Positions 55,273 to 64,000 of a DNA stretch of 64,000 nucleotides are shown here, one piece after another. The stretch is from Sulfurospirillaceae bacterium (lineage in GTDB: Bacteria; Campylobacterota; Campylobacteria; Campylobacterales; Sulfurospirillaceae), in contig JAWVXD010000010.1 of the NCBI GenBank assembly GCA_033723415.1, positions 1 to 64,000 of the forward strand. Direction: 5' to 3'. Under the pieces are notes generated by a model, which was not told the origin of the DNA, did not search any database, and saw nothing but the letters and a program-made list of their open reading frames with translations. The translations under genes and the position numbers were made by a program. Positions within the stretch are counted from its first letter, which is position 1, and the number at the start of each line of letters is the position of its first letter.

Positions 55273-57674
55273 CTACAAAAATTTTTGAAAATATACTTCA
55301 ATATCATCAACACTAAGAGCTTTACTGTGGTAATAACCTTGCACTATATCACATCCCAATATTTTCAAATGTTCTATCTGCTCAACAGTCTCAACACCTT
55401 CTGCGACTGTCTTATATCCCAAAGTTTTTGCCAATGAAATTATAGTATTTACTATAGCGCTTGCGTCCTTGCTATGGGGCAGATCATCTACAAAAGATTT
55501 ATCTATTTTTAATTCATCTATAGGGAACATTCTCAAATAGGACAAAGATGAATAACCAGTGCCAAAATCATCAATTGAGATATCTACACCCATCTCTTTA
55601 ATCTTATCAAATAATTTGATACTATGTTTTGGATCACTCATCAAAACTGTTTCGGTTATTTCAAGATCTAAATACTTTGCCTCCAAACAACATTCATTTA
55701 AGATACCTTGCAGTAATGTAGCTAGATTTTCATTACTTAAATCTACTCCTGAGATATTTACAGATAATTTTCCTTTATATATCCCCATATCATGCCACTT
55801 TTTGACTTGAGAACATGCAGTCCTTAAAACCCAAATATCTATAGCTGAAATAAGTTGTGTTTTTTCTGCAATAGCTATAAAACTCTCAGGATGTACAAAT
55901 CCCAATTCTTTATTATTCCATCTTATAAGAGCTTCTATACCGACTATTTGATTTTCGCTCAACGATATTTGAGGCTGATAATAAAGTTCAAATTCACCTT
56001 TTTTCAAGGCTTCTCTCAATAAATTTTCTATATAAAGCTCTTTTTGTATCTTTATCCCTAACTCTTTTGAATAAAAAGCATATCTATCCCTACCGCTCTT
56101 TTTTGCTTTGTACATGGCAGCATCGGCTGATCTTATAAGTCTTTCGGCGTTAACCGCATCTTCAGGATATATGGCGATACCGATAGAACAACTTAGATAG
56201 TATGAGTGTGCCTCTGTCCGAAAAGGCACAGTGAAAATTTTCTTGATTTTTTCTACAACGTTGATAACATCTTCATTGTGTTTTATATGTTCTACAATGA
56301 CGACAAATTCATCGCCGCCAAATCTAAAGATCATATCATCCAAACGCAAAGATTTTTTTAAATACTCTGCCATTTTGATAAGAACCCTATCTCCTTCTTG
56401 ATGACCGAAATTGTCATTGATATCTTTAAAATTATCTAGATCCAAAAATAATACTGCCATCTGATCATGAGCTCTTTGTGACCCGCTAATGGAGTGTTCC
56501 AACATACTCATAAGCATTACTCTGTTTGGAAGAGCCGTCAAAGCGTCATATGTTGCCATATGCTCTATCTGTTTTTGAGTTTTTTTAAGTTTAGTGATAT
56601 CTTGTGCAAAGTTATCACTTCCTGCATATTGACCATGTTTATCAAATCTTGGAGAAAAATTGCAGTCAAAATACATAATAGTGCCATTTTTGTGCAGAAG
56701 TGAAAATTCAATATTTTTTACAGGTTGAGGGTTTTTTATATATTGTTCTCTGAAATATTGTATGTCATTTGTAGTAACCCACAAAGAAGATACATTTTCC
56801 CTAGTATCTCATCCATTTCATAACCTGCGACATCCTTGACAGAAGGGGATACTTTTATGATATTACCGTCTTTATCCGTTTGTAAAAAAATATTTTGCAT
56901 ATTGTCAATGATAGATTTCCAGTCTTCTTTTGATTTTCTAAGTTTTTTCAGAGCTTTTTCCGTAGCAGTTTGATCATCAACGGAAGCAACTATGAATATT
57001 ACATTTTCATCTTCATCTTTTATTGCCTGAAAAGACACCTCTAGATACATTCGTTTTTTTGCTAGAATTGAAACATATAAGCCTTTGAAGTGTGATTTCC
57101 CTCCTTTTAGACTTTTGTCTATAGCTTGTTTTAGTTCTTCATTGCTAGTCTCTCTCAATAGATCAAAACCAATAAACTGCTCTTTGGTTACGCCAAAGAT
57201 GTTTAATGCTGCTTTATTTGCTTCGATTATAACACCTTTTGAATCATGATATATAATCCCGCTGGGAGAATTTTCAAAAATAGCTTTATATGTTTTTTCA
57301 TTGTGAGAAAGTCTTTTTTTCAATTCATATTCTCTTGTTATATCTCTTGAAATACCTTCAATACCGATTATATTTCCTGCTTTATCTTTGACAAAGTGAG
57401 CATTTGTGGACATGAAAACATGACTTCCGTCTTTATGTTTTAGTAAATCTTCTATCGTGAAATTTGAAATACTTGTATCTAATTCTTTGTAATTTTGCGC
57501 TCTATTTTGAGGATTCACATACAACTCATGCAAATGCAAACCTATAAGCTCTTCTTTATCATACCCTAAAACCCTTTTTACAGAGGAAGAAACATATAAA
57601 ATTCTTCCGCTATTATCTACTTTATAATATATATCATCTACCAGAACAAAATCAAAAGTTCTTTTTTCAAGCAT
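55273..57674 (-). pseudogene. frameshifted PAS-PAS-PAS-GGDEF-EAL gene (ORFs 56736-57674 and 55273-56784)
   Basis: Third PAS domain split across two frames; one added A at 56795-56798 restores an 800-aa ORF; GGDEF and EAL motifs intact. Confidence 0.75.
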
Positions 57675-57729
57675 ACATCAACCCTTTTTTTAGTTGTGTT
57701 ATAGTATATGAATCTTCTTTAAATAATAG

Positions 57730-58500
57730 TTAATGCAGAAGTAAGAAAAGGTGTTGCAGCGCATCTAAGAACTCTCTTTTAAATATAATCATCATCGGAG
57801 TAAGTACTGCTATCAACACAATAAAAGAGACCATTATCTTTATAGGGAATCCTACAACAAGAAGGTTAAATTGAGGCATCGTCTTCATAAGCATACCAAA
57901 GACCAAATCTGAAAGCAAAGAAAGTGCAACTATAGGGAAAGAAAGTATGAAGCCGTATATAAACATATCAGTTACCGACTTTAGAAGGTATTCCCAAATA
58001 CTGCCGCCGGGATAGAACTCTCCTAAAGGAAGGATATGTAGAGATTTGGCAAGAAATATGATCATTAGATGATGAGCATTAAAAGTCAGTAGAACCATAA
58101 GTCCTATTAGAGTCAATATTTGGGATATTATAGGAGTAGATATGTTTGATTGAGGGTCAATAACGCTTGCCATTGTAAAACCCATAACAAACGATATCTG
58201 CATCCCTGCCATCTGTAACATTGTAAATATAAGATTGAGTATTAATCCTGCTATCAAACCCAAAAAAAGCTCACTGACAACAGCCATAAAAATTGTATAT
58301 ACATTTAACTCTATATTAGGCATAGTTGCAAGCGGATATAAAAATATAACCATAAAAACAGCAAAAGCAGTTTTTACGGAAACAGGTATGGTCATGTGGG
58401 AAAAAAACGGGAAAAATGCAAAAAGTCCGGAAATCCTGGCAAAAAGAAGCAAAAATAAAATAACGTGATTTTGCCCTAAAAATTGCACTAAAGTTTGCAT
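57730..58500 (-). CDS. fliR: flagellar export protein FliR
   Basis: ARISG..F.P.F, DP, H, and PQFNLLVVGFP.K motifs. Confidence 0.93.
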   Translation of the reverse strand: MQTLVQFLGQNHVILFLLLFARISGLFAFFPFFSHMTIPVSVKTAFAVFMVIFLYPLATMPNIELNVYTIFMAVVSELFLGLIAGLILNLIFTMLQMAGMQISFVMGFTMASVIDPQSNISTPIISQILTLIGLMVLLTFNAHHLMIIFLAKSLHILPLGEFYPGGSIWEYLLKSVTDMFIYGFILSFPIVALSLLSDLVFGMLMKTMPQFNLLVVGFPIKIMVSFIVLIAVLTPMMIIFKREFLDALQHLFLLLH

Positions 58501-58507
58501 ATTATCT

Positions 58508-59149
58508 TCAGTTCAAGCCCTCTTGGCTCAAATGTTTATGAAATTTACACTTTCTTGCAAGTTCTTCATCATGTGTCACCATAAGCAGTACTCCATCGAC
58601 TTCTTTTATGTATTCAAACAAAATATCCATAACTTCATGAGCTGTTTTATTATCTAGATTTCCTGTAGGCTCATCTGCAAAGATAATACGTGGTTTCTTC
58701 GATAGAACTCTCGCTATAGAAACTCTTTGCTGCTGTCCTCCTGAAAGCTCTCCGACTTTTTGCATCATGACCTTTGTTATCTTAAAGCGATCAAGCAGAT
58801 CCTCATCGATACTTGAGTTTGCAAGCATAGTTGACAGCTCTATATTCTCATATGCATTGAAACCTTTAAACAGATAATGAGCTTGAAATATTATACCTAA
58901 TTTTTCTCTTCTTAAGCTCACCAATTCCTTATCCGGAAGTGAATACAAATCTTTGTCAAAAAGTTTAATAATACCTGTATTTGGCTTTAAAAGTGTAGAG
59001 CAGATATTTAGAAGAGTAGATTTTCCACTGCCGCTTACGCCTGTTATAGACATAGATTCCGAGGGAAAAAGTGAAAAGTTTATATTTTCAAAAAGGGGAT
59101 AGTCAAAAGAGTGAGAAACATTCTTAACCTCCAAAAGGCTCATGTGCAT
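58508..59149 (-). CDS. ABC transporter ATP-binding protein (LolD-like)
   Basis: GVSGSGKS, LSGGQQQR and ADEPTGNLD motifs. Confidence 0.9.
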   Translation of the reverse strand: MHMSLLEVKNVSHSFDYPLFENINFSLFPSESMSITGVSGSGKSTLLNICSTLLKPNTGIIKLFDKDLYSLPDKELVSLRREKLGIIFQAHYLFKGFNAYENIELSTMLANSSIDEDLLDRFKITKVMMQKVGELSGGQQQRVSIARVLSKKPRIIFADEPTGNLDNKTAHEVMDILFEYIKEVDGVLLMVTHDEELARKCKFHKHLSQEGLN

Positions 59150-59166
59150 TTCCTTTTAGGAATAAG

Positions 59167-59190
59167 AAGCGGAAGTTTAAACTTCCGCTT
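59167..59190 (-). terminator. hairpin downstream of tsf
   Basis: Perfect palindrome AAGCGGAAGTTTAAACTTCCGCTT. Confidence 0.7.
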
Positions 59191-59204
59191 TTACTTTTAG
59201 TAGA

Positions 59205-60272
59205 TTATTTTAGTTGTTCTGCAACTTCACTTGCGAAATCACAACCTTTTTTATCTAGACCTTCGCCTAGTTCAAATCTTACGTATTCAACAAGTTCGAT
59301 CTTGCCGCCTAGTTCTTGAGCTTTATCTTCAATAACTTCTGCAACAGTCTTTTTATCATCCATTACATAAAACTGGCTCAACAATGTAAATTGTTGGTCA
59401 AGCAAAGTATTGTCTGCTATAAATCTAGAAATCTGTCCAGGAATGATCTTATCCCAAATTTGCTCAGGTTTCTTTTGTTCTCTTAACGTATCTTCGATAT
59501 CTTTTTTCGCTTGTTCCATCACAGCGTCAGTAAGCTGTAATTGACTTCCATATTGTGGAACTTTTTTCAAAGGTTTTTTCAGTCTGTGTAATTCTTCATT
59601 TTCTTTTACGATATCTGCAATTAACGCTACTGTTTCTTTTTCTATGAACTCAGGATCAAGTTCAGTATAACTTAGATACATAGGTTTCATAGCAGCAGCA
59701 TGCATACAAAGTTGTCTTATAAACTCTGCGCTTTTTGCAGCTGTTTCTTCGCTGTCACATTTTGCAGCGATCAACACGCCTACTCTGCCGTTTGAATGTG
59801 CATAACCGTTTACGACACCGTTTTCACCGGCTTTCAATGTTGCAAATCTTCTAAGTACAAGATTTTCACCGATCGTTGCGATTTGTGAATTCAAAAACTC
59901 TTCAAATTTAACACCGTCAACTGTTGTTGACATAAGCTCTTCAGTCGTTCTAACATTAGAGTTCATAATGTGTTGCGTTGCGCTTTGTGTAAAGTTAATA
60001 AATTTTTCATTTTTTGCGACAAAATCAGTTTCTGAGTTGACTTCGCTTATAGTAGCTTCTTTGAAATTTGGATTAACTTCAACGCTTACCAAACCTTCAC
60101 TCGCCAATCTATCGGATTTCTTTGCCGCTTTTCCAAGACCTTTTTCTCTTAAAACGTCAATAGCTTTGTCAATATCTCCATCTGTTTCGCCTAATGCTTT
60201 TTTACAATCCATCATACCGGCACCGGTCATTTCTCTGAGTTGTTTTACTAATTGTGCAGTTATTTCAGCCAT
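59205..60272 (-). CDS. tsf: elongation factor Ts
   Basis: LREMTGAGMMDCKKAL and ETDFV motifs. Confidence 0.97.
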   Translation of the reverse strand: MAEITAQLVKQLREMTGAGMMDCKKALGETDGDIDKAIDVLREKGLGKAAKKSDRLASEGLVSVEVNPNFKEATISEVNSETDFVAKNEKFINFTQSATQHIMNSNVRTTEELMSTTVDGVKFEEFLNSQIATIGENLVLRRFATLKAGENGVVNGYAHSNGRVGVLIAAKCDSEETAAKSAEFIRQLCMHAAAMKPMYLSYTELDPEFIEKETVALIADIVKENEELHRLKKPLKKVPQYGSQLQLTDAVMEQAKKDIEDTLREQKKPEQIWDKIIPGQISRFIADNTLLDQQFTLLSQFYVMDDKKTVAEVIEDKAQELGGKIELVEYVRFELGEGLDKKGCDFASEVAEQLK

Positions 60273-61102
60273 TATTTCTCCTCTACTTCCTCGCTGTCTT
60301 TCTCAGCAAGTTTTAAATCACCTGTGATCTCTTCAGCATCTTCTTCACTTAATGCTTCTTCTACTATCTCATTCTTTTCTTCATCACTTACTACGATCTC
60401 TTCTTCGCTAGCAGCATCTTGATTTCTTATCTCTCTTCCTTCGATCATAGCTTCCGCCATCTCTTTACAGAAAAGTCTAACAGATCTTATCGCATCGTCG
60501 TTTCCCGGAATTGGATAATCAACCAAGTCAGGATCACAGTTTGTGTCCAATGGAGCAACCACTTTGATACCTAGTCTTCTAGCTTCTTGAACAGCTATTT
60601 TTTCTTTTACAGTGTCTATAACAAAGATCATATCAGGGATGTTTTTCATTTCTCTGATTCCGCCAAGATAATCTAAAAGTTTCGCTTTTTTTCTCTTAAG
60701 CATTAACGCTTCTTTTTTTGTAAGAAGGTCGATTTGTCCGTCTTCTTCCATCTTCTCGATGATATCAAGTTTTCTGATTGATTGTTTAATTGTTTGATAA
60801 TTTGTCAGCATACCGCCTAACCATCTGTGGTTAACGTAAGGCATACCACATTTTTCAGCGTACTCTTTAACTGCTTGGCTTGCTTGTTTTTTAGTTCCGA
60901 CAAATAACATTGTCTGTCCCTCAGCAGCTGCATCTTTAACTACATTATACGTGTATCTGAAAAAACGAAGTGTTTTTTGTAGATCTATAATATAGATATT
61001 CTTTCTTTCACCAAAAATGTATTTTTTCATTTTTGGATTCCATCTTCTAGTCTGGTGTCCGAAGTGTACACCGCATTCCAACAAGTCTTTCATGGCTACC
61101 AT
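60272..61102 (-). CDS. rpsB: 30S ribosomal protein S2
   Basis: [15 protein letters not shown] and PGNDDAIRS motifs; start reassigned by AAGGAG RBS. Confidence 0.97.
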   Translation of the reverse strand: MVAMKDLLECGVHFGHQTRRWNPKMKKYIFGERKNIYIIDLQKTLRFFRYTYNVVKDAAAEGQTMLFVGTKKQASQAVKEYAEKCGMPYVNHRWLGGMLTNYQTIKQSIRKLDIIEKMEEDGQIDLLTKKEALMLKRKKAKLLDYLGGIREMKNIPDMIFVIDTVKEKIAVQEARRLGIKVVAPLDTNCDPDLVDYPIPGNDDAIRSVRLFCKEMAEAMIEGREIRNQDAASEEEIVVSDEEKNEIVEEALSEEDAEEITGDLKLAEKDSEEVEEK

Positions 61103-61127
61103 GAAGCTCTCCTTATGTGTTAATTTT

Positions 61128-61186
61128 GGTTTAGCCTCCATGCCCATCAACAGCTTACGCTGCAACCTAAAAGGATTGGCATGTGA
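61128..61186 (-). promoter_or_regulatory. rpsB 5' leader (S2 autoregulatory element, t44-like)
   Basis: CACATGCC...GGGCATGGAGGCTAAACC stem typical of rpsB leaders. Confidence 0.65.
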
Positions 61187-61333
61187 GAAATAGAGGAGGA
61201 TTATACTAAAATTTATATTAAATATTGCTTCAATATTCTTTAGTAAAATGAACTTAAATAATTTTAAGTAATTTATCAATTGTATTTCGATAAAGTATCT
61301 AATCATTTTATAGTAGGGTAGGCAAACATCGGT

Positions 61334-63139
61334 ATGTTGAAAAATGCTAAATTATTTTTGAATTTTTTTATGATCATAACAATCATTTGTTTGTTTATTT
61401 CTATAGAAAAAGACGAAAAAACTGTATCTGTCATATTTGCTTTTTTACTGTTTGGTTTGGTTTTATATAGTTTGATAAGGGCAATTTCATTCAAACCTCT
61501 CCAAAAAACAGAATATAGTAACTCGGATAAAGCATATCTTAATGCATTTGAAAATAGCGCTTCTATAGCCAAGATAGGACTTGATCTACAGATAAAATAT
61601 GTTAACAGATCATTTTGCCAATTGACTCTCAGCACAAAAGAAGAGTGTCTAAACAAAGGTTTAGACAGCTTTTTACAAGATCAACAAGATGTATATACGG
61701 AAATCTGTGAAACATTGAAACAGAACCAATCTTGGGACGGCATATTGATGCTTACGGTAAAGCACAATAATCAAGCACATGTAAAATGTACTATTGAGCC
61801 TATAAAGGACAACAACGGCGCACTGATCGAATTTTTATTGATAGCTCATGACCTCACTGAACTTGCTATTAGTAAAAAGATTATACAAGACAAAATGTAT
61901 ATAGACAGCCAAACAAAATTGCCAAATAGACTTCAATTAATAAAAGAGAAAATAAAACTTTTAAACAAACACAGTATGACGCTTATCCTAATAAATATTG
62001 ACTCTTTTCAAGCTATTAACAGTATATACGGAAATCAAATAGGTGATGAAGTCCTTATCGCAACAGCAAATTGGCTCAAAGCAAATCTACCTTGTACTGA
62101 GGCAAAGCTTTTTAAATTAGAAGCTGATGTTTTTGCTATATTTATCCCTGCTCCTTATGAAGAAGAGGAACTTAAAACTTATCTTAACGAAATGTCCAAA
62201 AAAATATCGAAAGAAGGTTTACTCTGCTCAGGTATAGGTATAAATATTACATTTACTATAGGTGCTGCTCAAGGTGAGGCAGATCTTCTAAAACTTGCCT
62301 CAATAGCTTATAAAGTAGCAAAAAAAGATCAAAAATCATTTTGGATATATGACATTAAAAGCAATAAAGAAGAAGAGTACATACAAAGCATCAAAACTAT
62401 ACATCTTCTAAAAAAAGCTTTAAAAGAAGATCAGATCATTCCATATTTTCAGCCTATCTTAAATCTCAAGAACAATCATATAGATAAATATGAAACTCTT
62501 ATGCGTATCAAAAAAGATGATGGCTCCGTTCACACTCCAAATGAATTTTTAAATATCGCAAAACACTCAAAACTATATCCTGCAATCTCCAGAGACATTA
62601 TAGGCAAAGCTTTTGATACCTTTAGGTTTTCATCAAATCAATTTTCTATAAACCTATCCTTTTTAGACATATCAAATCAACACACTTTGGATTTTATTTT
62701 TGAGAAGATGAGTGAATACACGATAGGTTCTTGGGTTATCTTCGAAATTGTTGAAAGTGAAGGGATCAATAACTATCACACCATATTGCAATTTATCGAA
62801 AAAGCAAAATCTTACGGCGCAAAGATAGCGATAGACGATTTTGGAAGTGGATATTCAAATTTTGAAAGATTGGTCAAACTTCAACCTGATTTTATAAAAA
62901 TTGACGGCGGACTCATAAAAAATATAGATAAAAATGATGATATGAAAATAATAACGCAAACCATTGTAAACTTCTCAAATAAATTAGGTGCTAAAACAAT
63001 AGCAGAATATGTACACTCTCAAGAGATTTTTGATATAATAAAGAAAATGGGAGTTGATTATGCTCAAGGATTCCATATTGGTAAGCCCTCTCCAATTTTA
63101 GACAATAACAACAACTTTATTAAAAATTTAATTTTATAA
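61334..63139 (+). CDS. membrane PAS / degenerate GGDEF / EAL phosphodiesterase
   Basis: Two TMs, PAS, EADVF in place of GGDEF, ETL and DDFGSGYS motifs. Confidence 0.87.
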   Translation: MLKNAKLFLNFFMIITIICLFISIEKDEKTVSVIFAFLLFGLVLYSLIRAISFKPLQKTEYSNSDKAYLNAFENSASIAKIGLDLQIKYVNRSFCQLTLSTKEECLNKGLDSFLQDQQDVYTEICETLKQNQSWDGILMLTVKHNNQAHVKCTIEPIKDNNGALIEFLLIAHDLTELAISKKIIQDKMYIDSQTKLPNRLQLIKEKIKLLNKHSMTLILINIDSFQAINSIYGNQIGDEVLIATANWLKANLPCTEAKLFKLEADVFAIFIPAPYEEEELKTYLNEMSKKISKEGLLCSGIGINITFTIGAAQGEADLLKLASIAYKVAKKDQKSFWIYDIKSNKEEEYIQSIKTIHLLKKALKEDQIIPYFQPILNLKNNHIDKYETLMRIKKDDGSVHTPNEFLNIAKHSKLYPAISRDIIGKAFDTFRFSSNQFSINLSFLDISNQHTLDFIFEKMSEYTIGSWVIFEIVESEGINNYHTILQFIEKAKSYGAKIAIDDFGSGYSNFERLVKLQPDFIKIDGGLIKNIDKNDDMKIITQTIVNFSNKLGAKTIAEYVHSQEIFDIIKKMGVDYAQGFHIGKPSPILDNNNNFIKNLIL

Positions 63140-63156
63140 ATATTCGAGGAACACTG

Positions 63157-64000
63157 TTGAACAACTACATAAATATGGGATTGAATATATTTGAATATGC
63201 AGGAAGTATTCAAAAAAAACAAAATCTATTGCTTATAAATTCCATCTCAACTTTTATCAAATCTAAACATAAAGATGAACAAATAAAACATATATTAGTT
63301 TCATTAAAGGTAGCAGATTGCAAAGATAATTATGAAAACCTAGCACTATTGGTTAAGAATTTAAACACTTTTTCAAAAGAAAATGATATCAAAATCGCTT
63401 TGATTGACTATGATATACAAACATATGAAATTCTAAAAACTTTGTGCAAGAACACAATAATCAAGTTATTTCGTACTTTTGATGTAGCCAGATTATTTTG
63501 TAGACCGGATTCATACAAAAAGAATTCTCTTGTATTGATATGCGACAATGATGAAGACAATGCCAAAAAGTTGTCTCTTCATCTATCTTTTTATGATAAT
63601 TTTGTCATAACGGTCAACAATTCAGTAGATGCCGAAAACCTTCCTGATAAAAAAAAGTATCAGATCATAGTGACAAGATCATCACTAAATATGGATATAG
63701 AAAAAAAGGAAAACGGCAATCTTTTACATCTGTCAAAGACACTAATCGCATCACTTCCTCTTTTTATGGAATCAGCTGTAGATTCTTTGGAAACACTGAC
63801 TGCCCTCAATGCAAAGAAAATATCTCACAGGGTTGGTTTTTTAGATAAAGACCTACCTGATGGCAATCACGTATTTTCTATCATGAAATTTAGAGGAGAT
63901 CTTGTAGGATCATTTGTACTGATCTTTCCAAAAGAAAATGCATTTATGGCTATAGAAGCATTTTTGCAAGAAAAACTTAGTCAAAATGATATAGAAGCTT
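63157..64000 (+). CDS. CheX-domain chemotaxis protein (partial, runs off the window)
   Basis: Open frame from TTG after GAGGA to the window end; MKFRGDLVGSFVLIFP...A..AIEAFLQE CheX-like segment. Confidence 0.65.
   Translation, partial: MNNYINMGLNIFEYAGSIQKKQNLLLINSISTFIKSKHKDEQIKHILVSLKVADCKDNYENLALLVKNLNTFSKENDIKIALIDYDIQTYEILKTLCKNTIIKLFRTFDVARLFCRPDSYKKNSLVLICDNDEDNAKKLSLHLSFYDNFVITVNNSVDAENLPDKKKYQIIVTRSSLNMDIEKKENGNLLHLSKTLIASLPLFMESAVDSLETLTALNAKKISHRVGFLDKDLPDGNHVFSIMKFRGDLVGSFVLIFPKENAFMAIEAFLQEKLSQNDIEA

Noticed and set aside
61103..61306. N-terminal extensions of rpsB (likewise fldA, sodB, tatA) and the many short antisense ORFs in the track
   Set aside because: Better starts with RBS lie downstream; the antisense ORFs are shadows of real genes

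Overview
AT-rich chromosomal window from a Campylobacterota (Epsilonproteobacteria) bacterium. The taxon is inferred from gene content and order; it is probably a free-living Sulfurospirillum-like organism. Two housekeeping blocks are present. The first (1-26.3 kb) holds SRP RNA, two tRNA-Ser genes, dbpA, pyrF-nusB-ribH-kdsA, prfB, panC-rimO-tilS, pilMNO-like genes, miaB, nusA and fabI-tpiA-pgk-gap. The second (50.5-64 kb) holds a nadD-rsfS fusion, argS-tatA-gmk-chePep, fliR and tsf-rpsB. Between them lies a ~24 kb accessory region separating gap from nadD, which are neighbours in Campylobacter. It contains two CZB chemoreceptors, a diguanylate cyclase, a kinase-chemoreceptor-receiver operon, a CEOS-like opine synthase, iron/oxidative-stress genes, GNATs and decayed gene fragments. 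Features missed by the ORF track include a consensus sigma54 promoter before the pilMNO-like operon, a 49-aa lipoprotein gene, two pseudogene fragments, a Fur box, a 1-nt frameshift splitting a PAS-GGDEF-EAL gene and a partial CheX-like gene. No CRISPR array, integrase, transposase or prophage was seen. All calls come from motif recognition and recalled synteny, not database searches. No finding is proven to be a novel system.
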